From Octopus sinensis (lineage: Eukaryota): a DNA stretch of 64,000 nucleotides. Below are positions 48,162 through 62,185 of the stretch, one piece after another (positions within the stretch are counted from its first letter, which is position 1; every line of letters starts with the position of its first letter). The stretch spans positions 54,994,001 through 55,058,000 of the forward strand of contig NC_043014.1 in assembly GCF_006345805.1 (NCBI RefSeq), given 5' to 3'. The position numbers and the translations under genes were made by a program. The notes beneath the pieces were generated by a model, which saw only the letters and a program-made list of their open reading frames with translations, made no database searches and was not told the origin of the DNA.

Positions 48162-48939
48162 TGACGGGCTTCTTTCAGTTTCCGTCTACTAAATCCACTC
48201 ACAAGGCTTTGGTCGGCCCAAGGCTATGGTAGAAAACACTTTCCCAAGGTGCTACGCAGTGGGACTGAAACGGGAACTTTGTGGTTGGGAAACAAGCTGT
48301 TTACCTGCACCTATTCATTCTTCAAGAAAGGCATAAATATTTCAAAATCCAGGATTCTTTAAACCCTAATGAAAGACTTTGAAATATTCATGTCTTGCAG
48401 AATGAATGAACATATATATATATATATACACACACATACACATTTATGTGTATGTATATTTGTTCCATTTTGTATTTCTGCCTCTTCTCAAAACTCATCT
48501 TTATTTACCATTCCATTGACAGACCATATTTTGTTTTTCTCTTACAGTCTTTGTTTAAATTTTTCTGTCCACTCATCTCGACCCTCAGCAGCTTGGATTG
48601 CTGACACTGCAGAATTGAACGGTATTGTCAGAAGGTGTCAAAATGGTGACAATATTTGGTCAACAACTGATGAGAAACTGACCCGATCAGTATCCAGTCT
48701 ATGCAACTTTTACATTTTTGTTTTTCTATAAATTCTTTGCTGTCCTTCAGTGCCACAGTTTCCATTGTATGTACACACACACACACACTCTAACTCAAAA
48801 TTGGCTTCCACACAGTTTCCACCAACCAAATTCTACTCACAAGTGTTGGGCAATCCAAGCCAACAGAAACACAAAGTCAACCGTGGTTCTGTGCTGTATA
48901 ACCAAACATGTAACCAGGTATTTCTGAAGCCAATAACTT

Positions 48940-49070
48940 AATCCCCCGACGAAGAGCTCCGCTCGAAACGTCATACCCTCCTTCTTCCCTTTTTCCTGAG
49001 CGCCTAATAATAATACTTTAATTGTTCCACGTGTTGTTGTCTTTTCTGTTTTCCCGTTTGGATTAACCAT
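48940..49070 (+). mobile_element. Penelope-like terminal fragment with a degenerate hammerhead core
   Basis: CCGACGA-a-gagc[tcc]gctc-GAAACGTC at 48946-48972 (U4->C; stem I not formed); ends in (TA)n. Confidence 0.5.
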
Positions 49071-49196
49071 ATATATATATATATATATATATACCGGAGT
49101 AAACACATAAATGTGAAACAAAGTGGAAAAAAGAGTGCTCAAATACCAGGGGTAGAGTAATATACTTAATTTAAAAGCAGCAGAAATTTTAACAAA

Positions 49197-49234
49197 CTGT
49201 CTGACGAACGGGAACATGAAACTCCGAGTAACAG
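49197..49234 (+). ncRNA. Type I hammerhead ribozyme, one mismatch in stem II
   Basis: ctgt-CTGACGA-acg[ggaa]cat-GAAA-ct[ccg]ag-TA-acag. Core and stems I and III are intact; stem II has A-U, a C.A mismatch and G-C closing a GGAA loop. Predicted cleavage 49230|49231. Confidence 0.75.
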
Positions 49235-49513
49235 GTTTTGTTGAATTTCTGCTGCTTTTAAATAAAGTATATATATATATATATATATAAATAATATTCG
49301 TAGCCCTTTCAATATGGCTGTCCGTTCGAACGGACTTTGTTGCAATTTTTTAACCTCAAGAGAACATCTTGCGCTGATTAATGATGAAGTTACAACTACT
49401 GCGTTGATCTCTTTGAGACATTTTAGAATTGGCATTTTTGCTCATATATATATATATATTTCGTTTTGGGATTTGGTTTGCAAGATTCTTTATATGAGTT
49501 CGTATGTTGAAGC

Positions 49514-49768
49514 ATATTCTGTGGTGTCTGGGGAGAGTCATTTTCTTTATGTGCCTTATAATGTAACAAACACACCGGTAAAATATTCACTTTTTTCTTA
49601 CTTTTATTTTCCTAAAAAAATAGATAGTCAAGATTATTGGAAAGGGTGCAAGATGCAACGAAAATTTTAGGAAAATAAAAATAAGAAAAAAGTGGAAATT
49701 TTACCGGTGAGTGTGTTACATTATAAGGGACAAAAAGAAAATGACTCTCTCCAGACACAACAGAATAT
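49514..49768. mobile_element. Fold-back element with ~100-bp imperfect inverted arms
   Basis: 49514-49617 versus 49664-49768 (atattctgtggtgtctggggagagtcatt... / ...aatgactctctccagacacaacagaatat). A related sequence lies at ~21200-21345. Confidence 0.7.
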
Positions 49769-52195
49769 ATATATATATAAATAGATGAGTGTATTTTTAC
49801 CTTGTTAACAATTAACACGGAAAAAAGAAATAAATAGTTACCAGGGTAGCAAAAATCTCACAAGTAAAGATGTTGTAACTCCTTGTTTATAAAGGTAGAA
49901 ACTTCGTGTTTACCTGGAATATTTTGAATAATATATGAATAAATAAATGGAGTTTAACGCAGGTGTAATCAAATATTTTTACTTTCGACACATGTTTCGA
50001 AAATTCCACTGATACTATTCAAAAGAATAAATGGTATAAACAATGCAATCTTCTCCATTTGTTTATTCATATATATATATGTATGTAATATATATATATA
50101 TACATATATATATATCATACATAGGTTTATTGTTGTGTGTGAATAAACAATAAGAGTCTCATGGAAACTTAAAAAGAAAGACAAAGTAAACAGGAAGCGG
50201 ATTATCACAGCTTTGAGCCTCTTAAGATTGTAATCCATCTCCACTCCCAAAGTGGATTGCAAATGGTCCTCCGCAAAGTAACGAGGTATGTGGTCCCAGA
50301 TCTTGAATTAGGCACAATTGCTTCTTATCTGCTCGTTAAAAAAATTAGAACAACACTTAATTAAATTATTACAACCAAGAAATCAAGCTAGACACTGAAG
50401 TTTTGAAAATAACCATTATTTATGGAACTTGGGTTAAATCTCGATCACCAACACATGTTGGTTGCTAAGCACAGGTTTCACCTAATCAAGTAGTTCAACA
50501 TATATACAAAGGTGTTCCTGCTGTGACAATCACCTCAGAGTTTTTTCTGGGTCATGAATCATAAATCTTTGCTTTTCTAATCTTTGCTTTTCTTCTCATG
50601 AGTTTTTAGGCAATGAATCGGTAACATTTGTTACAGCATCAAATGGAATGCTCAACAGCATTTGCTTGCACTCACTGTGTTCTGAGTTCAATTTCCTGGT
50701 GAGGTTTTGTCCATCCAGAATTTCTCTAGAAATTCTCAAGGGTAGAGTCTTTTTTTTTTCGTTTATTGCTGGTGCCTGTGTCACATAAAAAGCCCTTGTG
50801 CTGGTGCCACATAAAAAGCACCCAGTACACTTTGTAAAGTGGTTGGCATTATTAGGAAGGGCATCCAGCCGTAGAAACCATGACACAAGAGATAATTGGA
50901 TCCTGGCGCTACTCTTCAGCCTTGCCATCTCCTGTCAAACTGTCCAACCCATGCCAGGAAAATGGTCATTAGATGATGATGAGGATGATTTAGTCAGGTG
51001 GGCAGGGAATACCTATTTCTTTATTACCCACAAGGGGCTAAACACAGAGGGGACAAACAAGGACAGACATAGGTATTAAGTCGATTACATCGACCCCAGT
51101 GCGTAACTGGTACTTGATTTATCGACCCCCAAAAGGATGAAAGGCAAAGTCGACCTCGGCAGAATTCGAACTCACAACGTAACGCAGATGAAATATCGCT
51201 AAGCATTTCGCCCGGCATGCTAACATTTCTGCCAGCTCACCAGGGAATACCTGTGACCCTTTTACAGGGTCTATGAGATTGGTGGGAGAAAGGGAAGAAG
51301 AAAAGAAAGTATCCTTGCATTGGAAACCTAATCTGAGTGCTTGCAACTGAGTGGGCCTGATTGAAGGTACTTAGGGGTCAGGTGATGGGTTAAGTTGTAA
51401 GAAGAAAAGTTCAACACACTGCCTCACCTGCCCCAGGGGGGTAAAAGGGGGAGGGGGGTAAGCCGTGTCAATTTTTTAACAAACAGAACATTTTTACAAT
51501 GACAGTCAAGCAAAACGATCCAAAGGAGATCATTGTAAACATACAAATATACACATATAAACATATGTAAGTATATATACATATATTCATATAAATACAT
51601 ACATATATAATACACACACACACATATATATAGATACATACATATATACATATGTATATACATACATATATACATAAATATACACATATACATACATATA
51701 TATACATATATACATAAATATACGCATATACACACACACACACATATATATATATATACACACACATACATACACACATGCACACACACATATATATATA
51801 TATATATTATATACATATGTATATACCTACATGCAAACATATATATATATACATACATATACACATATACATACATATATATATATACATATATATATAC
51901 ACATACATATATATATACATACATACACACATGCACACACACATACACACACACAAATGCTTGCATGTTATGGAGCTGCCTGAGGTAAATAAAAGATTAC
52001 ATTGAATATTAATAATCCAGTGACAATGGAAAGATTTACATCTCTAATAAAATTATGGCTTTATACACACATCAGAGTCTTTTTTTTTAATGTACATCAC
52101 AGCTTTATATATACACAGCCTTAACTCTTTTAGTATCACCTTACCCCAAATAACCTGAATGAAATCAATTCATTCCTTTGTTCAACTGTTTTTCA

Positions 52196-52630
52196 GGTGG
52201 TACTGGCAACAGCCATGCTCAGATGGGGTTTTTTATGTGTCACCTGCAGAGGAGCCAGTCCAGCGGCACTGGCAACAGCCATGCTCAGAGGGGGTTTTTT
52301 ATATGCCATCTGCAGAGGAGCCAGTCCAGCAGCACTAGCAACATCCATGCTCAGATGGGGTTTTTTATGTGCCACCTGCAGAGGAGCCAGTCCAGCGACA
52401 CTGGCAACAGCCATGCTCAGATGGGGTTTTTTATGTACCACCTGCAGAGGAGCCAGTCCAGCGACACTGGCAACAGCCATGCTCAGATGTGGTTTTTATG
52501 TGCCACCTGCAGAGGAGCCAGTCCAGTGGCACTGGCAACAGCCAAGCTCAGGTGGTGTTTTTTATGTGCCACCTGCACAGGAGCCAGTCCAGCTGCACAG
52601 GAGCCAGACACTGGCACTAGCAACGACCTC
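52196..52630. repeat. 66-bp tandem repeat (~6 units) derived from the family C module
   Basis: Unit starts at 52203, 52269, 52335, 52401, 52467 and 52532; contains ggggttttttatgtgccacctgcagaggagccagtccagc. Confidence 0.9.
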
Positions 52631-53269
52631 ATGACAAGTTTCTGCATTTTCTGTTTGAAATTTACTGATCAGGCATTGGGTCAGCCTAAGGTTATTGTAG
52701 AAGATTGACTGAAGCTGGACTGAACTTGAAGCCATGTGGTGGTGAAACAAACCTCATAACTATACAACCATGCCAAAGCCATCATATTATTAGTCAAAGG
52801 CGGCGAGCTGGCAGAAATGGTAGAACGCCGGGCGAAATGCTTAGCAGTATTTCGTCTGCCACTACGTTCTGAGTTCAAATTCCGCCAAGGTCGACTTCGC
52901 CTTTCATCCTTTCGGGGTCGATTAAATAAGTACCAGTTACGCACTGGAGGCGATATAATTGACTTAATCCATTTGTCTGTCCTTGTTTGTCCTCTCCATG
53001 TTTAGCTTAGTCCCTTGTGGGTAGTAAAGGAATATGTATTATTAGCCAACTGTACAGACTGGAGGCTTATACATTATACTACAAACTGAGTAAAAATAGA
53101 GAAAGAAAAAAAAAAGAAAAAAAACCATCTCCACGCATCACCTGAGATAAAACATGAAAACCACATGAAGCCATGTCTCTAAACATGGAAGAGATGTTGG
53201 TGTAGCAAAACCTCCACTGGCTTGGCATGTCCAAAGGCTGCAGAAAACTCAGCAAGACAAATAATCATC

Positions 53270-53675
53270 CTCAAGGCTGAAGACGCTCGACCTTTATTCT
53301 CTAGAAAATCGCCGCCGCCGTGGTGATCTCATTCTTGCTCACAACATCATAAGCAGAAAGTGTTACCTCTCGAAGGAGCTGTTCTTCACTCCTGCTCCAG
53401 AGCGTCGGCTGTGGGGGTCACTCCAAAAAGTTCTATCTGCGACGATTTCATCTCAATCGAAGGAGAGGGGCTTTCTCCGTCCGGCTTGTGGATCCGTGGA
53501 ACAAGCTGCCGGACGAGATGGTGAAGGTGCCGACGACCGCTCGGTTCAAAGTTTCCCTTGACCACAAGTGGCCTGAACTATTTACATGAACACCACCCTG
53601 TACATAACTCCATGTCCCCCTACATGGCCTTGCTTTTCGCTTTTTGAGCCAAAAAATTAACTAACTAACTAACTT
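53270..53675 (+). mobile_element. CR1-clade LINE 3' fragment (family 2)
   Basis: LENRRRRGDLILAHNII...FHLNRRRGAFSVRLVDPWNKLPDEMV...; (ctaa)n tail. Other copies at 20148-20471 (-) and ~41677-41850 (+). Confidence 0.85.
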
Positions 53676-54175
53676 ACCGCTGTTTGACCATGCAAGAAAT
53701 CACAAAGACAAGACGGAGATACAAAGAAACGGTTCAATGTAACATTCAAAGATGGACCAGAGTAGCTTAGGACAGAAATCAAAGACAAAGATATTAGGGA
53801 CCACTTTTGGTATGTATTCCTTCTTTAGGGGCAATCCTTGTTCACTATTGACTGACAGACTCTGACGATGCTGAGGTCACGAATGTAAGGTTTCAGAAAT
53901 TTCAGCAAATAAAAATTACATAAAAACACTTTCATTGGTTTTTTTTTCATATTGGAATGGCAGCAGAATTCTTTTGTGTCCTGAATCTGCAGAACTTGAC
54001 ACAGACTTCTGTGATTGAGATGTTTTGCAACAACCAAGGCATATCTGCTGCTAAGGTTACAAATTACACACACACACATATGTATGTGTGTGTGTATATA
54101 TATTAATATATATATAGATATATATATATATATATATAAATACATATAAATATATATAGATACATGCATATATAT

Positions 54176-54206
<31 letters not shown>

Positions 54207-54361
54207 CAAACATGCATATATATACATACATATATATATAATATATATTACAAACATGCATATATATACACATACATATATATATAAATATATATAATAT
54301 ACAAACATGCATATATATATACATACATATATATATACTATAAATATATATATATCTATAT

Positions 54362-54392
<31 letters not shown>

Positions 54393-54991
54393 CATGTATA
54401 TATATATACTCCTACTCTTACTTGTTTTCAGCACATACATACATATATACATGTATATATATATACACGCTATATATATGTATACACACACACAGACATG
54501 CACATATATATGCACAAATATATTTGTACATACATACATGCATATTTATAAATATATATATATATATATAATATATATATATATATATTATATATTATAA
54601 TATATATATATTATATATATATTACATACACACTTGCCATGTGTAGCCATTACTAATGTCAACATTGGCATTTGTTTTCCATTCACACACACACAAATTC
54701 TTTGTTGTTTTTGTCTTTCTATATTTACCCCGGGAATAATTCCATTATCTGAATTGGCGAATGGAACCAAACAAAAGGAATTAATATTTATTGCCCAGTT
54801 TTTAGCCTGGTTTCATGACAGCAAAGGTAATATACTTAATGGACGGTCAAGAATAAATTATTCATCAACTCATGTTATATACACATGTGTCATCTTGCAT
54901 GCACGCATGCGTGTGTATATATATATACATACATATATACATACATACATATACATGTATATATACATATATATATTATACATATATATAT

Positions 54992-55055
<64 letters not shown>

Positions 55056-55095
55056 ATATATACATATATATGTGTATATATATATATAGATTATT

Positions 55096-55221
<126 letters not shown>

Positions 55222-55251
55222 TATTAACATATATAATATATATACACACAC

Positions 55252-55282
<31 letters not shown>

Positions 55283-55984
55283 CATATATATACATATATA
55301 TTATAATATATATATATATATACATATATATACATATATACATATATTTATACATATATATATATATATATATAACACACACACATATATATAATGTATG
55401 TATGTGTGGTGTGTGTGCATTTGTATTTAGAGTAGATCTCTCTCTGTGTGTCTCTCTCTGCATATCTCTAGGTGGACATGTGTGCATGCACACACACATG
55501 TACACACGTGCACCACTCAAAGATTAGACACCTCTGAGTACCATTTCCCCCCTTCTTTCCATTATATATATTATATACACATAATAAACATATTAATTAG
55601 TCTATTTGTAATAAGTTCTTTTACTAAAGCACATAAGAACTGCAACAGCAGCAGCAACAACAGTCGCTACCACTAGCGCCATCACCACCACCACTGACCT
55701 GGTAGAATCGGTCGCACACCAAAGAAAGTGCATAGTGGCATTTCGTCCATCTTAACGTACTGAGTTCAAACTCCGTTCAGATTGACTTTGTCTTTCATCC
55801 TTTTGGGGGTTAAAATAAGTGCCAGTTGAGTGGGGGGAGGGCTGGGTGTAAACGCCCAACACCGTCCCCTAAAATATTTCAGGCTTTGTGCCTGGAGTAG
55901 AACGGATCAATATTATCATTGGTATTTTTATATACACACAACAGAGCAGACTGTTGGAAAAGGAAAAAAACCCTAACATTGGGT

Positions 55985-56640
55985 TACAACAAGTAACCTT
56001 AGATGCCAAGAACCCTCCTAAGTATCTTAGCTGTCCCTAATAACCCTTTTTTCTGGAGCAGTACTAAACTGGGTTTTATGCCTATTTCCTCTATCCATCT
56101 ATTCAGATCTTTAGGGATAGTTCCCAATGCACCTATAACCACTGGGATACAGTTTACCCACTCCTTCCATAGTCTCTGTAATTCAATGGCTAGGTCCTTG
56201 GCACTTGGCTATTTTTTCTATACCTCTCATATTGATTTTTTCATCATTTGGGACTGTAAAGTCATTTATCTGCCACTTTCTATTCCCTTTATCTACAACT
56301 ACTAGATCAGGCCTTCTAGCTTCTATTACTCTGTCAGTCTGTTAAAGTCCTACATCTTTACAAATTTACTAGGTTCATGTCCATATCATTTATCAGTGTG
56401 TTCAAATCCTAGCTTTCTACATAACTCCCAGTGGATTACTCTCCATAGGTTGTCAGGTCTTTTCTTGTATTCTTCCTGTGCCAGCATGCTACATTCACTT
56501 ACTACATGAGTAATGATTTCCTCTTTTGATTTGCACAACCTACATTGGGAATCTACTTGGTTTTTGCCTATCTTGGCTTTTATCCAATTAGTCCTTAATG
56601 CTTGATCTTATGGAGCTACTAACACACTTTCTGTCTCCCT
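55985..56640 (-). mobile_element. R4/Dong-like (restriction-like endonuclease) LINE 3' remnant
   Basis: Minus strand: IHWELCRKLG...RRPDL...AIELQRLWKEWVNCIPVVIGALGTIPKDL...LLGTAKILRRVLGI*. A partial second copy lies at ~57378-57555 inside a SINE. Confidence 0.8.
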
Positions 56641-59233
56641 TTTCAGCTTTACTCTTTGCAACCATAGCCATGAGTTCAAATTCCACTGAGGTTGACTTTG
56701 CCTTTCATCCTTGGGGGGGGGGGGTCGATAAATTAAGAACCGGTGAAACACTGGGATCAATATAATTGACTAGTCCTCTCCTCACAAATTTCAAGCCTTG
56801 TGTCTATAATACAAAGGATTATTATTATTATTATTATTAAGAAAACAGTTGAGCTGGCAGAATCATTAGCACACTGAGCAAAATGTACACCTACACATAT
56901 ATACATATGCATGCACGCACCTATAATTATGTGGATGTGTGTGTTGTTGTGTGAGTGTCTATATGTTAACTCTACTTCGTTGATACAGAAGGGGTGACAG
57001 GCAGAGTCAACCTCAGCCAGACCTGAATTCAGAACATAATGACCCAGAAGAAATGGTGCCAAGTCTGTGCAAGATTTTGATAAAACTGCTTATTTTTATT
57101 TTGCAACAATCACAATAACAACAATAAAAAATAGACTTTGAACTCTTTTATCTGTCATATGTTTCAGTCATCAGGCTGTGGCCATGATGGAGCACTGCCT
57201 TGGAAGATTTTTTAATCAAATCAATCAATTCCAAACTGCTAAGTTACAGGAATGTAAACACACTGACGCCAGTTGTCAAGCAACGACAAGGGACAAACAG
57301 ACACAAAGATACACACACACACACACACACATACGACAGGCTTCTTTCAGTTTCTGTTTTCCAAATCCACTCACAAACTTTATTCCTCAGATCTGTTCAG
57401 ATCTTATGGGACAGTTCCTAATGCACCTATAACCACTGGGATAACATTTTACCCACTCTTTCCATAGTCTCTGTTATTCAATGCCTAGGTCCTGGTACTT
57501 TGCTATTTTTTCTATACCTCTCATATTGATTTTTTTTATCATTTGGGACTACATTAGAAGACACTTGACAAGGGGGGACATGCAGTGGGACTGAACCCAA
57601 AACCCTGTGGTTGAGAAGCAAGCTTCTTACCACAACAGCCACCACCCATACTTATCCTACTCCACTTATACTAAGGTTAATGTTGTTGTGGTAAGTAGTC
57701 GCTCATGTCGAACTAGTACCCGGAACTAAGCTACTCTGGACTGACTGCTATTATGTGTATGCACGTTTAAAAATAGGGGGTGAGGACGGGGGGGGACAGG
57801 GCATTGAATTGTAGGAAGGGAACGTTGGAAAAGTGATCGATGCTTTTAGCAATTTAGATTACTCAGTCAAGCGTAAAGCTTATTTATCCTGATTGATTTG
57901 AGTTAGTCATCCTCCAGATTGTAGCTTTGAGATTTCAATGACAAGATTGTGGGTTTATAAAAGGTCGTTGTAGGGTCAGTGTGAGAGGCCAGATCTGGCT
58001 GGTCTGGACACAAAACAGAATATTTGGGCTGGACATAAAACAGAATATTTGGGCTGGACATAACTGGACATAACAGCTAAGTGTTTTTTAATAAAATTAA
58101 AAGAAGTGATGGTCAAAAGAAATTCATAAAGCATGAACATAGACGCTTGTTATAAACCATTTATGGAACATCCCTAGTGATAATGTGCCTTGGATGAGAC
58201 TAGCTAGACTCATCATCATCATCATCATCATCATCATCACTGTTTCTACGTCCACTTTCCCATGCTTGCATGGATCAGACTGAATTCACCGAGGCTGGAT
58301 GCCTTTCCTGTCACTAACCCACGCAGGAGTGGCTGTGTGGTAAGTAGCTTGCTAACCAGCCACATGGTTCCGGGTTCGTCCCACTGCGTGGCATCTTGGC
58401 AAGTGTCTTCTGCTATAGCCCCCGGCCGACCAATGCCTTGTGATTGGATTTGGTAGACGGAAAACTGAAAGAAGCCTGTCGTATATATGTATATATGTAT
58501 GTGCGTGTCTGTGTTTGTCTCCCTAGCATTGCTTGACAACCGATGCTGGTGTGTTTACGTCCCCGTCATTAGCGGTTCGGCAAAAGAGACCGATGAAATA
58601 AGAACTGGGCTTACAAAGAATAAGTCCCGGGTCGATTTGCTCGACTAAAGGCGTTGCTCCAGCATGGCCGCAGTCAAATGACTGAAATAAGTAAAAGAGA
58701 AAGAGAAATGTTTGCTGAGCAAGGCAATACTTCTCCAAGACAAGGGACACTGCTTGCATGATGGTGACACTTGTTTACAATTGTCATAGGAAGTCGAGGC
58801 AAGAACGCACACAAAATGAAGTTACTTTTCTGTCCATCAACTAAATCCACTCATTGCCAGTGCCACTGGACTGGCTCCCGTGCAGGTAGCACGTAAAAAA
58901 ACACCTCTTGAGCTTGGTCGTTGCCTGTACCGCCTGACTGGCCCCTGTGTTGGTGGCACGTAAAAAGCACCCGCTACACTCTCGGAGTGGTTGACATTAG
59001 GAAGAGCATCCAGCTGTAGAAACTTTGTCAGATCAGATTGGAGCCTGGTGCAGCCTCCTGGTTCACCAGTTCTCAGTCAAACCGTCCAACCCATGCTAGC
59101 ATAGAAGGAGGACGTTAAATGATGACGATGATGACGATGATGATGATGATATGGATACACATGCACAGCTGCTGTGTTTTTGTATTCTCATTATTTGTCT
59201 CTAAGACAAAAATATGAAATACATTGGCCCATT

Positions 59234-59349
59234 AGAGAGAGAGAGAAAGAGGAAGAGAGAAGAGAGAGAGAGAAGAAAGAGAGAGAGAGAGAGAGAGAAG
59301 AGAGAAAGAAGAGAGAAAGAGAGAGAGAAAGAGAAAGAGAGAGAGAGAA

Positions 59350-59396
<47 letters not shown>

Positions 59397-59452
59397 AAGA
59401 GAAAGAGAAGAGAGAAAAGAGAAGAGAGAAAGAGAGGAGAGAGAGAAAGAGA

Positions 59453-59486
<34 letters not shown>

Positions 59487-59510
59487 AGAGGAAGAGAGAG
59501 AAGAGTGGGG
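59234..59510. repeat. (GA)n-rich polypurine tract
   Basis: ~275 bp almost entirely G/A on the + strand. Confidence 0.95.
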
Positions 59511-59934
59511 GCGAGGGGAGGGGGAAGGTTAGTCAGGGTTTTTAGGAGAATCAAAAGAGGTTTAATGTATGGGAGAGGCTAATGCAATAAATTGAATGGC
59601 TGGTGCTAATGACAGAATGTGTGCAGAAATCTCCTTTGAGAATTGGTTTGTGATGATAACTAGAACAAATAAATGTGTTAGCAGGAAGCCTGCTATTTCT
59701 CTCAGCTATGTGGAGAATGTAAAGAGAGGAAGAGAGAAACGGAGAGAGAGACAGGTGAGAGAGGGGAGAGAGAGAGAGAGAGAGAATGGAAGGGAAGAAG
59801 GGAGATAAAGAGGGATAAAGGAAGAGAAGACAGGAGGTGGTTTAGAGGAAGATAATGGGAAAGTGCTCCCCCCTATCTCTCCTTAGAAATACTTTAAAAT
59901 ATAGGATATTAAATATTATCTTGAGAAGCAGCTA

Positions 59935-59965
<31 letters not shown>

Positions 59966-60707
59966 GTATTTATTTCCTTTGAAGCTATGGAAAGTGATAA
60001 GGAAGTGTGTTTAAATGACAATGAAATAAAGAGGAGGAATAAAAAAAAGAAAAACACAGACAAATAGTAAAGGAGAAAAAAATATATTAAAAAAAAATAA
60101 GTGGTGATTAATGGAGGGGAAAATTATGGCAAGAAAAGTTTAGAGATGAAAATAATAATAATAATACAAAAACAACAAAACTGGTGAGTCCTGAAGGTGT
60201 GGTGGTGGTGGTGTTCGGAGGTGATGGTGGTAGTGGTGGTGATGGTAGCGGTGGTGGTGATGGTAGCGGTGGTGGTGGTGTTTGGAGGTGATGGTGGTGG
60301 TAGGGCCACAATAAAAAAAAAATTAAAAGGAATAAAATGGTTCCTTAATGCATTTTTCTTTGGAATGTTCAGCTTCCTCATCCTCCCCCATCTCCATCTT
60401 TTCTTCTTCCTCTTCTACTCAAGGTAACTTTGCTAATTGTTGCTATTGATTCCTTGCCACGAAGCAACAAGGCTGATTCCAGGCTCCCAAGAAAAAGGGA
60501 TCCAACCTCCATCACCAAATTACTAATTCTTTATTGGCAATGGGCGCAGGAGTGGCTGTGTGGTAAGTAGCTTGCTTACCAACCACATGGTTCCGGGTTC
60601 AGTCCCACTGCGTGGCACCTTGGGTAAGTGTCTTCTACTATAGCCTCGGGCCGGCCAAAACCTTGTGAGTGGATTTGGTAGACGGAAACTGAAAGAAGCC
60701 CGTCGTA

Positions 60708-60740
<33 letters not shown>

Positions 60741-61559
60741 GCGTGTGTGTGTTTGTGTGTCTGTGTTTGTCCCCTCAGCATTGCTTGACAACTGATGCTG
60801 GTGTGTTTATGTCCCCGTTACTTAGCGGTTCGGCAAAAGAGACCAATAGAATAAGTACTGGGCTTAGAAAAGAATAAGTCCCGGGGTCGAGTTGCTCGAT
60901 TAAAGGCGGTGCTCCAGCATGGCCGCAGTCAAATGACTGAAACAAGTAAAAGAGTAACAGCACCCCCACCCCACACCCACCACCGACGGACACACACACA
61001 TGACTGGCTTTCCATGCAGTATCTGTTGGTCAGTCCGAGGCAATAGTAGAAGACACTTGCTTCTGGTGAGATAGAACCTAAGGCCATTCAGTTGCCAAGC
61101 AACTTTCTTAACCACACGGCTTTTAAATTCAATACAAAACGGTGAAATTTCGAGAGAAGCTTTAATAGGAGGAACACGTGACATTTGGAGTGTGTCCCAG
61201 GAACAACTGGCATCCAAAATGTTGTCAAGTAGCTCCAGCTGCGAATAGGAACCAGAGAGCAAATGTCTCCGAGCCACATCTTGTCTTCAGTGACATCCGA
61301 CATGACTTAATAAGAGCAGAGAATTTTGAAGAACCCACACCAATACAAGCCTGGTGCATAGTTTTTTCAAGGAATCTTCAGAAAATTTGATGTGGGTGGG
61401 GGTGGGGGGGTTGAACTCAGGATATAGAAAGAGGGGACCCGGGTATTTATGTCAGCACTACTGCCATTTCATCCCAACTCTAAGAACTTGTTCGTGTATA
61501 CAGTAAAAAAGGAAATGGTTAAATGTTTCATGATTGGAATGGCAGCAGCAGTGTTCCAG

Positions 61560-61940
61560 CAAATGCATTCCGTGTGGACAGCATCAAAGATCAGCTTTGG
61601 TGCAACGTTTCATCCGCAAAACTCCATCATTCTGCCTGCTGCCCTCCATGTCAGTGAGACTTGGAAGAGCACAACAAGGAGGAATGAAAAAAAAATAAAT
61701 GTATTCTATCAATAGTGGCTTGTAAAGATCATGATGGTCAACCGGGGTAACCATGCCATAAATGAGAAGATCCTGAGGTGAGCAAGGCCACAACCATTGT
61801 AAGAGACTGTAGCAGAGCACCAGTTCCACCTTGCTGAAGAATCAAAAACAGCCATGACTTGGGTACCAAGTGTGAAAGGGTGTGAAAGGGGCAAGTGTAA
61901 AAGGGACAAACTGAAGATGGTCACGGAATATGTGTACAAG
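61560..61940 (+). mobile_element. RTE-like LINE remnant
   Basis: ILPAALHVSETWKST..EKKINVFYQ..INEKIL resembles RTE LLYGxETW...F...CLRRIL...NEEVL; many disablements. Confidence 0.6.
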
Positions 61941-62085
61941 AATCGCTGCTGACCAAACTGGGTGGAGAAAGCTTGCTGCCTGCTGTGCTGAAGAGCGCAA
62001 GAGGAGCTAAAGCTAAGGCTGAGATGCGCTAAATGGACTAATTAGCTGTTAGTAATTAGGAATCTAATTCTGCATTAGTTTGACA

Positions 62086-62185
62086 NNNNNNNNNNNNNNN
62101 NNNNNNNNNNNNNNNNNNNNNNNNNNNNNNNNNNNNNNNNNNNNNNNNNNNNNNNNNNNNNNNNNNNNNNNNNNNNNNNNNNNNN
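62086..62185. other. Assembly gap (100 N)
   Basis: Run of exactly 100 N, a usual placeholder for a gap of unknown size. Confidence 0.99.

Noticed and set aside
48546-48606. Minus-strand coding exon (SAIQAAEGRDEWTEKFKQR)
   Set aside because: It is isolated with no compatible neighbouring coding exons; kept only as a possible UTR exon.
48667-48680. CTGATGA-GAAA hammerhead-like words (also minus strand near 57168 and 62366)
   Set aside because: Only 0-3 nt lie between the core segments, so stem II cannot form, and stems I and III are absent.
52196-52630. CRISPR-like repeat-spacer appearance of the 66-bp modules (also 24.0 kb and 29.6 kb)
   Set aside because: The spacers are near-identical copies of each other, the context is eukaryotic, and there are no cas genes.
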